A DNA stretch of 64,000 nt from positions 1 through 64,000 of IMG/VR virus record IMGVR_UViG_3300042317_001568. One strand, given 5' to 3'. The position numbers were made by a program, and so were the translations under genes. Shown here piece after piece: positions 43,537 to 52,473 of this stretch. Numbering within the stretch: position 1 is the first letter of the stretch; each line of letters starts with the position of its first letter. The notes beneath the pieces are model-generated. The model made no database searches and had not been told where the DNA came from. It saw only the letters and a list, made by a program, of their open reading frames with translations.

Positions 43537-44571
43537 ATGGCTGCAAATGACCGCGAAGTAATGTTTTCCAGCGTCTTTGACGTTGTAAAAGCCTATGAGA
43601 CTGGTTTTGTCGGCGCCTACGCTGACCCAGAAGCGGGTACCGCCCTGCGCGACTACATTAAGTCGTCGGGCGGTACCCCAAATGGGGCCGACGCTTGCAC
43701 GCAGTACGGTTTGCAAGAATCTGGCGCGGGCAAATTAAGTTTGCCCGTGCTGGAGATTCTTGAACTCTATCCAGACTCTCTTCCCGGCGGTGCTCAAGGC
43801 CGTGGTGACTGCGTAAGTTGGTCGACGCGCAATGCGGGCCTCGGCACCATGTGCTGCGAGATCAACAGCGGCATTCCTGACGACGTAACCGGAAAGCTTG
43901 AAGGCGCGCCTGAAGTAAGCGAAGCTGCGCGCGTAAATGGCGTGCTCAGCACAGAAGCCATTTACAATTGGCGCCGCCATGGGGGCGACGGCTGGAGCTG
44001 TCAGGCCGCGGCTAATGTCGTGTTAAAAGAAAGCGGCTTGTGGCTGCGTAAGAAATACGACGAGATCGACGTCGACTTCACCACATACAGTTCGCGCAAT
44101 GCCGGCTTGTACGGGTCAAGAACACCGCCTGAAGCGTGGCTTAAAATTGGGCGGGAGCACCTTATCCGCACCGCGACCGAAGCCAGTAGCTTTGAGGAAG
44201 TGCGCGACCTATTAACAAACGGTTACTGCATTTCGTCATGCGGCGGCGAGTCGTTCTCGGAAGAGCGCGATGAAAACGGCGTATCAAAGAGAACACCGCG
44301 TGGTTGGGCGCACGCGCTCGCCTATCTCGGCGTCGACGACCGTGACGACACCAAGAAAATTTACGGCGGGCCGCTCGTATTAGTTCAAAACAGCTGGGGT
44401 GATTGGAATAACGGCCCGCGGAAGATTCGCGGCACGCGGTTCAGTATTCCTGTGGGCTCGTTCTGGGCGAGGTGGTCGGACATTAGCAACCGGACAGCCA
44501 TTGCGTTTTCTGGCGTTAACGGTTTCCCGCCGAAGAAACTGAAGCATTTTGGCGCGCTCGGCAATATCTAG
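43537..44571 (+). CDS. Papain-like cysteine protease (C1-like)
   Basis: QGRGDCVSW, WAHAL, VQNSWG. Confidence 0.85.
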   Translation: MAANDREVMFSSVFDVVKAYETGFVGAYADPEAGTALRDYIKSSGGTPNGADACTQYGLQESGAGKLSLPVLEILELYPDSLPGGAQGRGDCVSWSTRNAGLGTMCCEINSGIPDDVTGKLEGAPEVSEAARVNGVLSTEAIYNWRRHGGDGWSCQAAANVVLKESGLWLRKKYDEIDVDFTTYSSRNAGLYGSRTPPEAWLKIGREHLIRTATEASSFEEVRDLLTNGYCISSCGGESFSEERDENGVSKRTPRGWAHALAYLGVDDRDDTKKIYGGPLVLVQNSWGDWNNGPRKIRGTRFSIPVGSFWARWSDISNRTAIAFSGVNGFPPKKLKHFGALGNI

Positions 44572-44583
44572 TGAGGAAATACC

Positions 44584-44904
44584 ATGGACTGGCTTTTCGC
44601 TTTGCTTTTCGGCGCCCCTGTCGCCCCACCTGATTACGTCGGGCAGGTTTCGGCTGAGGCGGCCTATTCGGCCATGCTCCAGACAGACGTACCCGAAGAA
44701 GACGACACCCGCCCTGTAAATCCAGATTGCAAGACATGCAACGGCACCGGTCGCGTCCGTTCGGGCGACGGGCAAGGGTGGTCGAAATGCCCCAGTTGCT
44801 TTCCTCTGGCCGCGGCTATGGAAAATCCGGCCGCCCCACTCCCGACAGGAAAGTTTCAGACTGGCGCGCCGGTAAAAAATACCTATCCGAATAGTCAAAA
44901 ATGA
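44584..44904 (+). CDS. Small protein with a DnaJ-type zinc finger
   Basis: CKTCNGTG...CPSC. Confidence 0.7.
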   Translation: MDWLFALLFGAPVAPPDYVGQVSAEAAYSAMLQTDVPEEDDTRPVNPDCKTCNGTGRVRSGDGQGWSKCPSCFPLAAAMENPAAPLPTGKFQTGAPVKNTYPNSQK

Positions 44905-44955
44905 CTTCGGGGGTTATATTGCCGGCAGTCGACTCGGCTTTAATAGGAGCGCGCT

Positions 44956-45447
44956 ATGACTGCGGCAAAAACCGGAAAGTGTTACACATTTCGCGGGCTT
45001 AAGTTCTACGCCCAAAACGGCTTTGTTTGTTTACACGATGAACAAAGCGGCGAGTTCTTCGTGCTGACTCGAAAAGAGTTTCTACAGCGCGCGCAGGCTC
45101 TTAGCGAAGAAGCACGGCGGCTTCGCACAATCGCGGCGGAAAACCCGGCAAAAGCGGCATGGATGTCGGCTGACCGCGCTGATTTAATTCGGGCCGTTGA
45201 AGAAATGATTGCCTGCACCGGCGAGGCTAAAGAGCAGGGCGACAGAATGGACCCCACCGTAGACGCGTGGTTTATGAAGCACCGCCCGCATCGCCGAAGT
45301 AAAATATCCATGGCGTCCGCCGCCGACTTTACGACCTCTTTGCCCGGTAATTTGCCGCGCGGATTAGACACTGGTAAACACGTGTCGCCAGATTTTACAA
45401 TAGGGGCACCAGCGACGAAACGAAAACTCATACTCCCCGGTGAATGA
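44956..45447 (+). CDS. Hypothetical protein
   Basis: GGAG RBS. Confidence 0.7.
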   Translation: MTAAKTGKCYTFRGLKFYAQNGFVCLHDEQSGEFFVLTRKEFLQRAQALSEEARRLRTIAAENPAKAAWMSADRADLIRAVEEMIACTGEAKEQGDRMDPTVDAWFMKHRPHRRSKISMASAADFTTSLPGNLPRGLDTGKHVSPDFTIGAPATKRKLILPGE

Positions 45448-45898
45448 CATGCCAGACGCAGACAAAGACTTGTTTAAATTAGGCTTTTTAACTCGGTGCG
45501 CGGAAGAGGGCCTAGCGCCCGAAGAAGTCTCCGTACGTATTGAAAAAGCCAGCACCAAAAGCGCGTCGTCGTTGTTTTGGCGCGCAGCCCTTCCCGCGGC
45601 CGGTGTCGGTCTTTTGTCGCACATACTCAGCAGTGGCCAAAACGCTGCAAATGCCGTTAACACGGCCGCGAGCGGATTCGATCTTGCTGGCCGCGGCGCG
45701 TTAGCGCTTGGCAGTGCCGCCGCAGGTGCCGGTCTTTTAGGTGGTGGCGCCCTTGGTTATGGCGCCGCAAAGATTACAGAGCCGACTATCACCGATGAAG
45801 ATATCAAAAAGCAAGAGTTAGCCGAGACTTATCGCATTTACGCAGAACGTGCCCGCGCCAAACGTAAGGTAAGGAAATACCGCCCACAATCGTCATGA
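45440..45898 (+). CDS. Gly-zipper putative inner-head protein
   Basis: FKLGF...IEKAS.KSA. Confidence 0.7.
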   Translation: MNDMPDADKDLFKLGFLTRCAEEGLAPEEVSVRIEKASTKSASSLFWRAALPAAGVGLLSHILSSGQNAANAVNTAASGFDLAGRGALALGSAAAGAGLLGGGALGYGAAKITEPTITDEDIKKQELAETYRIYAERARAKRKVRKYRPQSS

Positions 45899-46248
45899 GC
45901 ATCAACAAATATCACGGTCTCGACCGCGGCGGCCCCCGACACGACAATCAAAACCTTTTTTGGCCGGGCACGGCAGACGGTTTTCCGGCAATTGGTCCGC
46001 CCGGCGCCGCCGCGCACCTCAAAAAAGAGGAATTTGAAAATCTCGACATTCGGCTGGACTTTAAATCACAGATGTTTCAGCTGTGGGAACCGGCGCAAAA
46101 AGCGGAATTTGACGACATAAACGATAGAATAGTAAACGGCTGGTATTACCTACAAAAACGTAGCGACCATTGGGACGAAGAAAACAAACATTACCGCGTG
46201 TGGCTAGAGTGGTGCCAAGTTTACGGAATGGTGCCCGCCCCCAAGTGA
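45895..46248 (+). CDS. Hypothetical protein
   Basis: ATGA overlap. Confidence 0.7.
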   Translation: MSINKYHGLDRGGPRHDNQNLFWPGTADGFPAIGPPGAAAHLKKEEFENLDIRLDFKSQMFQLWEPAQKAEFDDINDRIVNGWYYLQKRSDHWDEENKHYRVWLEWCQVYGMVPAPK

Positions 46249-46258
46249 GAGGTTAATT

Positions 46259-47092
46259 ATGCCGACATACGATCCTACGCCGTTTGGAAAAGAAATCGTA
46301 CAGAGCGGGCTTACCGGCGCAGGAGTCGGGACCTCGGCTATGGCGCTTTACTACCTTCTCAACAGACTTCGCCCCGCCGAGCTGCCCAAAACACTTTTAC
46401 AGGATCAGTCAGCCGAGAAGCTCCCGACGGCGTTAACACCGACGGAAAAAAAGAAAAAGCAGGTTAAAGACGAAGCGCTTGCTAAAACGGCAATGGGCGT
46501 AAACGACATTTACGCTAGCATCGGCAGCGCCATCCCGACGACGTTTAATCCGTTCGCCGGCAATCCCGGTTCTGGCGGCCCGGGCCTCGAAAGCCCGACA
46601 ATAGCGCACGCTGGTTGGCGTACCGCGGCCAACGTCGCTGCGCTGCTCGGCGGCCTTTATGGCGGCCGGAAGCTTGTAAACACCATGGAGTCGCACAAGA
46701 AAAAGAAGCAGCTGGCGCAAGAGGTCGAAGATGCGCGCCGACAATATTTTACGGCGCTGACAGAAAAAGAGTCGCAAGTTCTTGATGCGGTTTACGAGCA
46801 GCTTGCGGAAAAAAAGGCTGATCCTGCCGGCATCGTACAACAGCAGGTTATCGGCCCCGCGTCAGACTTCACAAAGAATTACGTCGGTATTCCGCTGTGG
46901 CGCGCGCTGCTTATGACTGGTTTAGGTACCGGCGCTCTTGGCGCGCACTACATGTATAACCGCACAAAAGACACGTCGCAGTCGCGCAACCTGCAACGCG
47001 CGCAAAAAGCTCGCGCGAGGTTAAAGTCGCTGCAGGAAACTCCGTGGGTTGACCCGGCAGAACTGGAAGCCCTATCCACCGCCGCGAAGTAA
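46259..47092 (+). CDS. Gly-zipper putative virion protein
   Basis: GAGG RBS; KTA/KKA motifs. Confidence 0.7.
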   Translation: MPTYDPTPFGKEIVQSGLTGAGVGTSAMALYYLLNRLRPAELPKTLLQDQSAEKLPTALTPTEKKKKQVKDEALAKTAMGVNDIYASIGSAIPTTFNPFAGNPGSGGPGLESPTIAHAGWRTAANVAALLGGLYGGRKLVNTMESHKKKKQLAQEVEDARRQYFTALTEKESQVLDAVYEQLAEKKADPAGIVQQQVIGPASDFTKNYVGIPLWRALLMTGLGTGALGAHYMYNRTKDTSQSRNLQRAQKARARLKSLQETPWVDPAELEALSTAAK

Positions 47093-47107
47093 GCCACGGG
47101 TGCACCT

Positions 47108-50100
47108 ATGCCGAGCATTTTGCCGTCATCCGGTTTACAGCCGCCGGCACCACAACCTGCGCAGTACCGGGCATTCGGCGACGTACCGGCACTTCGAGAC
47201 AATATTTTTAACAACGCTTTGCAGAGCGCTCAAAGTATCGAGCCGATGCAAAACGATCTTTATACGCTGCGACTATCCGACGTCACTTACGACGGGCCTG
47301 AGCGGTTTACTAAAGCCGACCAGAAGAACGCTATTTTGACGCACGGCTCGCTGCACAGAAAAATGAGGGGCACATGGACTCTGCTGGACAACAAGACACA
47401 GAAGCCTGTTGCGACGAGGGCCGCTACGATTGCCAACGTGCCGTACCTAACGGACGCCGGTACGTTCGTCAATCGGGGGGTGGAGTACACGCTGGCGCAC
47501 CAACTGAGGCTGCGTCCCGGTATCTTCACACGCGAGAAAGAAAACGGGGAGCTGGAAGCCCACGTGAATGCGTTACCGGGCAAAGGCCGGTCGCACCGCT
47601 ATTATCTGGACCCAAAGACGGGGGTGTTCAAGATACAGATCGGCCAAGCGCAGATTCCGGTCATGCCGTTGTTAAAAGCGATGGGGATGCGGGACAACGA
47701 CATCCGGTCAGCGTGGGGGAACGAGATCACAGCCGCGAACATGGAGAAGGGGGACGCGGGGACGATCGACAAGTTGTACCAGCGCCTAGTGTACAAGCCG
47801 AAACCGGGGATCGACGAGCTGGGAAAGATCAAGGAGATAGCGCAGGAGTTCGCGAAGACGGAGTTCGACGAGGAAGTGACAAAAAGAACGCTCGGAAAGC
47901 CGTACAAGCAGCTGACTCCGGAAACGATCATGGACATAACGAAAAAGCTGATCGCGGTGAATCGGAAGGAGGCTGATTCCGACGACCGCGACAGCATGGC
48001 GTTCCAGCAGGTTTATGGCCCCGAAGATTTAATCGCTGAGCGTTTCGTAAAAGACAAAACTGGATTACGGCAGTTACTCTGGAAAGCAACCGCGAAAAAG
48101 TCGCTGGATCACATTCCGTCGGGCGTGTTCAACAAAGGCATTAACGCCGCCCTGATTGGCTCGGGTCTTGGTTCGTCGCTGGAAGAAATCAATCCGGCAG
48201 AAATCTTTGATCACCAGACTCGTGTAACGCGCCTAGGCGAAGGCGGCATCGGTTCGATCGACGCCATTCCCGCCGAGTCCCGCAGCGTGCAACCGAGTCA
48301 TTTCGGTTTTATCGACTATTTGCGTACGCCAGAGTCCGGCAAAGTTGGCGTCGATATGCGGTTTGCCGCCGGTGCCCGAAAAAGCCCGACAAATATTCAT
48401 ACGTTCGTGGTGCCGGTAAAAAACGTTCACACCGGCGACACGGTCTACAAGACGCCGCAAGAACTAGCCGACACGCCGCTGGTATTTCCGGGCGAAGAGC
48501 GCAGCGACCTGCCCATGGTAGCCGCTTTGCAGAACGGCAAAATTAAATACGTGCCTAAGAAAGACGCGCAGTTCATGTTGCCGAGCATGGACAACTCACT
48601 CTCCATGCTTTCAAACATGGTGCCGATGAAGTCGATGTCTAAGGGCCAGCGCGTCATCATGGGTAGCCGCATGTTTACGCAGGCACTGCCCCTAGTAAAC
48701 GCTGAATCGCCGTTTGTGCAGTCAGCAACGAGCGACGACCCGAATATTTCTTATGAAGACAAGATGGGCGAGCATCTTGGTGCCGTAAAAGCCTCCGCGC
48801 CCGGAATTGTCGAGAAAGTGACCCCCGACGAGATCATCATTAAAGGCGCAGACGGCAAACGACAGTCTATCGAGCTTTACAACGACATGCCGTTTAATCG
48901 CAAGACGTTGTGGACGCAAAGGCCGACTGTGCAGCCCGGAGATCAGATTACGCCCGGGCAATTACTCGCCACGTCGAACTTTACCGATAAAAACGGCACG
49001 ACGGCGCTGGGTTTAAATCTTCGCGTCGGGTATGTCCCTTTCCGCGGCCGTAACTATGAAGACGGCGTGGTTATCAGCGAATCAGCCGCCAAGCGCCTGA
49101 CCAGCGAGCACATGTATCAGAACGAAGTCGAGTTTGACGACAACACGCATGTCGGCAAGCGGGCGTTTGTGAGTTTGTTCCCGGGCGTTTACGACAAAAA
49201 GATGCTGGAGCGCTTTGACGACAACGGCGCAGTGAAAAAAGGCCAAGTCGTCAATTTCGGCGACCCGCTGGTGTTAATGGCCAAGAAGCGCGAAGCGGTG
49301 TACGGCAAAGTACACCGAGGCCGCGCTGGCAGCTTCGCTAACGAGACGATTACGTGGGACCATCATTCTCCCGGCGTAGTCACGGACGTTGGCGTAACAA
49401 AAAACGGTGTGAACGTAGTAGTAAAAGCGCAATCGCCGATGGAAGTCGGCGACAAGCTTTCTGGGCGATTTGGCGATAAAGGCGTTGTGGCTGAGATAGT
49501 CCCGGATCATCAGATGCCCCAAGACGCCGACGGGCGTGCGATGGAGGTGCTGGTTAGCCCGCTGGGTTTAATCAGCCGCGTAAATCCGTCTCAGGTTATC
49601 GAGGCTGCGCTGGGTAAGATTTCAGCCAAGACGGGTAAAGCATATAAGGTCAAAGATTTCGATCAGGACACAGACCTCGTTGACTTTGCGCAGGGAGAGT
49701 TAGCCAAGCACGGGCTGTCAGACACAGAAGACTTGACAGACCCGGAGACTGGTAGAAAGATTCGGGGCGTGCTGACGGGCTCCCGGTTCTACATGAAGCT
49801 CCACCATACGGCTGAATCAAAGGGTCAGGGGCGGTCTACGGGCAGTTACACAGCTGAAGGCACGCCGGCCAAGGGCGGTTCCGAAGGCGCCAAGCGCGTC
49901 GGCATGCTCGATCTTGGCGCGCTGTTAAGCCACGGTGCCGGAAAAGTTATCCGCGACGCCAAGATGGTGCGCGGCCAAGCTAATCCGGAGTATTGGGCGC
50001 AGTTCATGGCTGGCTATGACCCGCCGCTGCCCAAGGTCCCGCACGTCTACGAGAAGTTTGTCAGTCAACTGCGTGGCGCTGGCGTTAACACGGTAAAGTC

Positions 50101-51511
50101 CGGCTCCAAGGTTAATATCATGGCCCTCACCGATAAAGACATCGATGAGCTGGCCGGCGACCGAGAAATCCAGAACACTGAGACCGTGGACTGGAAAGGT
50201 AACTTAAAGCCGAAGCAGGGCGGCCTGTTTGACGAAAAGCTCACCGGCGGCCACAACGGCACGCGATGGTCAAAAGTCACGCTCCACGAGCCGATGCCCA
50301 ATCCTGTGATGGAAGAGCCCATTCGCCGCGTGCTGGGCCTTACAGAAAAGGAATTCCGCGGCGTGCTGGCCGGCGAAGAAAAGCTTTACGACAAGACAGG
50401 CCCGGCGGCTATTCGTACGGCGCTCGAAAACATCAACGTACCGAAAGCTATTGAGCAGGCTCGGCAGGATATCCAGTCTGGGCGCAAAACACTGCGTGAC
50501 GCCGCTGTCCGCCGGCTCGGGTTCTTGAAGGGCTCTGAAACCACGGGTGTTCATCCAAAAGACTGGATGCTGACCAAAATGCCGGTCCTGCCGCCAATGT
50601 TCCGGCCGGTGTCGCAAATCGGCTCCAAAAAGATGCAGCTGATCGACGACGCCAATTATCTCTACAAAGAACTGCTTGAATCTAACTCAGTGCTTAAAGA
50701 AGCTACCGGCGTGCTCGGTAACGTAGGCAACGAGCGCTTGGCCCTGTACGACGCCATGAAAGGCGTTACGGGCCTCGGCGACCCTGTAAACCCCAAACAC
50801 GTCGAAAAGAACGTCCGGGGTTATTTACGCAAGATATTCGGCGACAGCCCCAAGTTCGGCACCATGCAGCGCAAACTGCTGTCAAGCACGGTAGACCTTG
50901 TCGGCCGGGCGGTGATTACCCCCAACTCCGACCTAGACATGGACGAGGTTGCCCTGCCGGAAGAAAAGGCGTGGGATATTTACAAACCGTTTATTGTCCG
51001 CGGCCTTGTGCGTCGCGGTATGCCCCGGATGACCGCGCTCCAGTCCGTTGAAGACAAAAACAAGATCGCGTTCGACGAGATGCATAAACAAATGAATTCG
51101 CGGCCGATTGTTATTAATCGTGCCCCGGTTTTACACCGATATGGTATGATGGCCTTCTACCCCCGGCTTACGAAAAACAAGGTTATGGAGGTCAATCCGG
51201 TCATCACCAAGGGCTTTAACGCCGACTTCGACGGTGACGCGATGCAGTATCACGTCCCCAGTACCGAAGAGGCGGCCAAAGAGGCAATTGAGAAAATGCT
51301 GCCCAGCAAAAATCTGTTTGCGGCGGCTTCTTTCAAGGCGCACTACATGCCGACGATGGATTACCACACAGGCATCTATCTCGCGTCGAGTCGCATTAAC
51401 TCTAAAGCTAAGCCCCGTGTTTACCGAAATAAGAAAGACGCCGTCCGCGCGTATCGTGCCGGCGAAATTGATGTGGACACGCCGGTACACATCGTGGAAG
51501 ATAAAGACTGA
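47108..51511 (+). CDS. rpoBC: Phage multisubunit RNA polymerase: full beta fused to the N-terminal part of beta' (contains the catalytic site)
   Basis: Beta motifs VPYLTDAGTF, GSRMFTQALPL, GRNYEDGVVIS, GDKLSGRFGDKGVV, YMKLHH. Beta' motifs VLPPMFRP, KLLSSTVDLVGRAVI, NRAPVLHR, NADFDGD. Confidence 0.95.
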   Translation: MPSILPSSGLQPPAPQPAQYRAFGDVPALRDNIFNNALQSAQSIEPMQNDLYTLRLSDVTYDGPERFTKADQKNAILTHGSLHRKMRGTWTLLDNKTQKPVATRAATIANVPYLTDAGTFVNRGVEYTLAHQLRLRPGIFTREKENGELEAHVNALPGKGRSHRYYLDPKTGVFKIQIGQAQIPVMPLLKAMGMRDNDIRSAWGNEITAANMEKGDAGTIDKLYQRLVYKPKPGIDELGKIKEIAQEFAKTEFDEEVTKRTLGKPYKQLTPETIMDITKKLIAVNRKEADSDDRDSMAFQQVYGPEDLIAERFVKDKTGLRQLLWKATAKKSLDHIPSGVFNKGINAALIGSGLGSSLEEINPAEIFDHQTRVTRLGEGGIGSIDAIPAESRSVQPSHFGFIDYLRTPESGKVGVDMRFAAGARKSPTNIHTFVVPVKNVHTGDTVYKTPQELADTPLVFPGEERSDLPMVAALQNGKIKYVPKKDAQFMLPSMDNSLSMLSNMVPMKSMSKGQRVIMGSRMFTQALPLVNAESPFVQSATSDDPNISYEDKMGEHLGAVKASAPGIVEKVTPDEIIIKGADGKRQSIELYNDMPFNRKTLWTQRPTVQPGDQITPGQLLATSNFTDKNGTTALGLNLRVGYVPFRGRNYEDGVVISESAAKRLTSEHMYQNEVEFDDNTHVGKRAFVSLFPGVYDKKMLERFDDNGAVKKGQVVNFGDPLVLMAKKREAVYGKVHRGRAGSFANETITWDHHSPGVVTDVGVTKNGVNVVVKAQSPMEVGDKLSGRFGDKGVVAEIVPDHQMPQDADGRAMEVLVSPLGLISRVNPSQVIEAALGKISAKTGKAYKVKDFDQDTDLVDFAQGELAKHGLSDTEDLTDPETGRKIRGVLTGSRFYMKLHHTAESKGQGRSTGSYTAEGTPAKGGSEGAKRVGMLDLGALLSHGAGKVIRDAKMVRGQANPEYWAQFMAGYDPPLPKVPHVYEKFVSQLRGAGVNTVKSGSKVNIMALTDKDIDELAGDREIQNTETVDWKGNLKPKQGGLFDEKLTGGHNGTRWSKVTLHEPMPNPVMEEPIRRVLGLTEKEFRGVLAGEEKLYDKTGPAAIRTALENINVPKAIEQARQDIQSGRKTLRDAAVRRLGFLKGSETTGVHPKDWMLTKMPVLPPMFRPVSQIGSKKMQLIDDANYLYKELLESNSVLKEATGVLGNVGNERLALYDAMKGVTGLGDPVNPKHVEKNVRGYLRKIFGDSPKFGTMQRKLLSSTVDLVGRAVITPNSDLDMDEVALPEEKAWDIYKPFIVRGLVRRGMPRMTALQSVEDKNKIAFDEMHKQMNSRPIVINRAPVLHRYGMMAFYPRLTKNKVMEVNPVITKGFNADFDGDAMQYHVPSTEEAAKEAIEKMLPSKNLFAAASFKAHYMPTMDYHTGIYLASSRINSKAKPRVYRNKKDAVRAYRAGEIDVDTPVHIVEDKD

Positions 51512-51526
51512 TTTCGGAGGCAAAAA

Positions 51527-52258
51527 ATGTACACAGTAAATCCTGAACTCTTTCGACTCGCGCAACAAAAGCTATTTGAAAAGTCCGCGGTAGTTCCCGG
51601 ACAAATGGCGATGCCGCCACAAGACCCGGCGGCTATGGGCGCAGTGCCTCCAGCGGGCCCAATGGACCCGTCACAGCAGATGGGCGCAGCTCCTCCCGCA
51701 GGTGGAGACCCGTCGGCGGCTATGGCCAGCATGGCCCCGCCGATGGACCCGACAGCTTCTATGCAGCAACCTCCGGCAGCGCCAGCCCCGACAGCGCAGC
51801 CGCAGCAGAAGCTAAAACCAGAACAGATGATGCAGATGCTCGATTATCGGCTGTATAACATGCAGCAGCAGCTCACGGCAATTATGAATGCCATGGGTGT
51901 CGAAGTCGCGCCTGAATCTCTCGTTTTGCCGCCGGGCACAACAGGTGCTCCCCCTGCTGAAGCTGCGTTACCGGGTGGTCCCATGGCGCCCCCGCCTCCC
52001 GCGCAAGATCAAGCAGGCGGTCCGATGCCCCCCGGCGGCCCTGTACCTCCCGGCGGCCCTATGCCGCCGAATGCGCCACCAGCCGATGACGGCGCGCCCA
52101 AAACAGCGCAATGGTGGCAGACGGAGCACACCGCACAGAGAATTGGCCGCCCCACCGCACAAGGCGACAATCTTGACGTTAACAGCCCGACACCGATGCA
52201 AACAAAAGCAGGTGCGATCGCCGCCCTTTGCCGGAATTTGCTGAATAATGATCATTGA
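51527..52258 (+). CDS. Pro/Ala/Met/Gln-rich, largely disordered protein
   Basis: GGAGG RBS; composition; EKSA/PKTA motifs. Confidence 0.75.
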   Translation: MYTVNPELFRLAQQKLFEKSAVVPGQMAMPPQDPAAMGAVPPAGPMDPSQQMGAAPPAGGDPSAAMASMAPPMDPTASMQQPPAAPAPTAQPQQKLKPEQMMQMLDYRLYNMQQQLTAIMNAMGVEVAPESLVLPPGTTGAPPAEAALPGGPMAPPPPAQDQAGGPMPPGGPVPPGGPMPPNAPPADDGAPKTAQWWQTEHTAQRIGRPTAQGDNLDVNSPTPMQTKAGAIAALCRNLLNNDH

Positions 52259-52466
52259 GTCCCAACACGCGCTTATCCCTAACAAGATAGCCGCGCACAA
52301 TGTTGTAATACGCGACGATGCCGGTAACGCCATATTCGCAGCTATTCACTTTGCAGACAGCATCGTGTATTCGGCGATCGGCAATAAAGATTTTGCATCC
52401 GTGCTCAGACTCATCGTGGACGAAGCACCGCCAAAAGTAACAGAATTTCCGCCCGTTAAAAAATAG
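52248..52466 (+). CDS. Hypothetical protein
   Basis: Fills the gap between genes. Confidence 0.6.
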   Translation: MIIESQHALIPNKIAAHNVVIRDDAGNAIFAAIHFADSIVYSAIGNKDFASVLRLIVDEAPPKVTEFPPVKK

Positions 52467-52473
52467 GTGCCGT

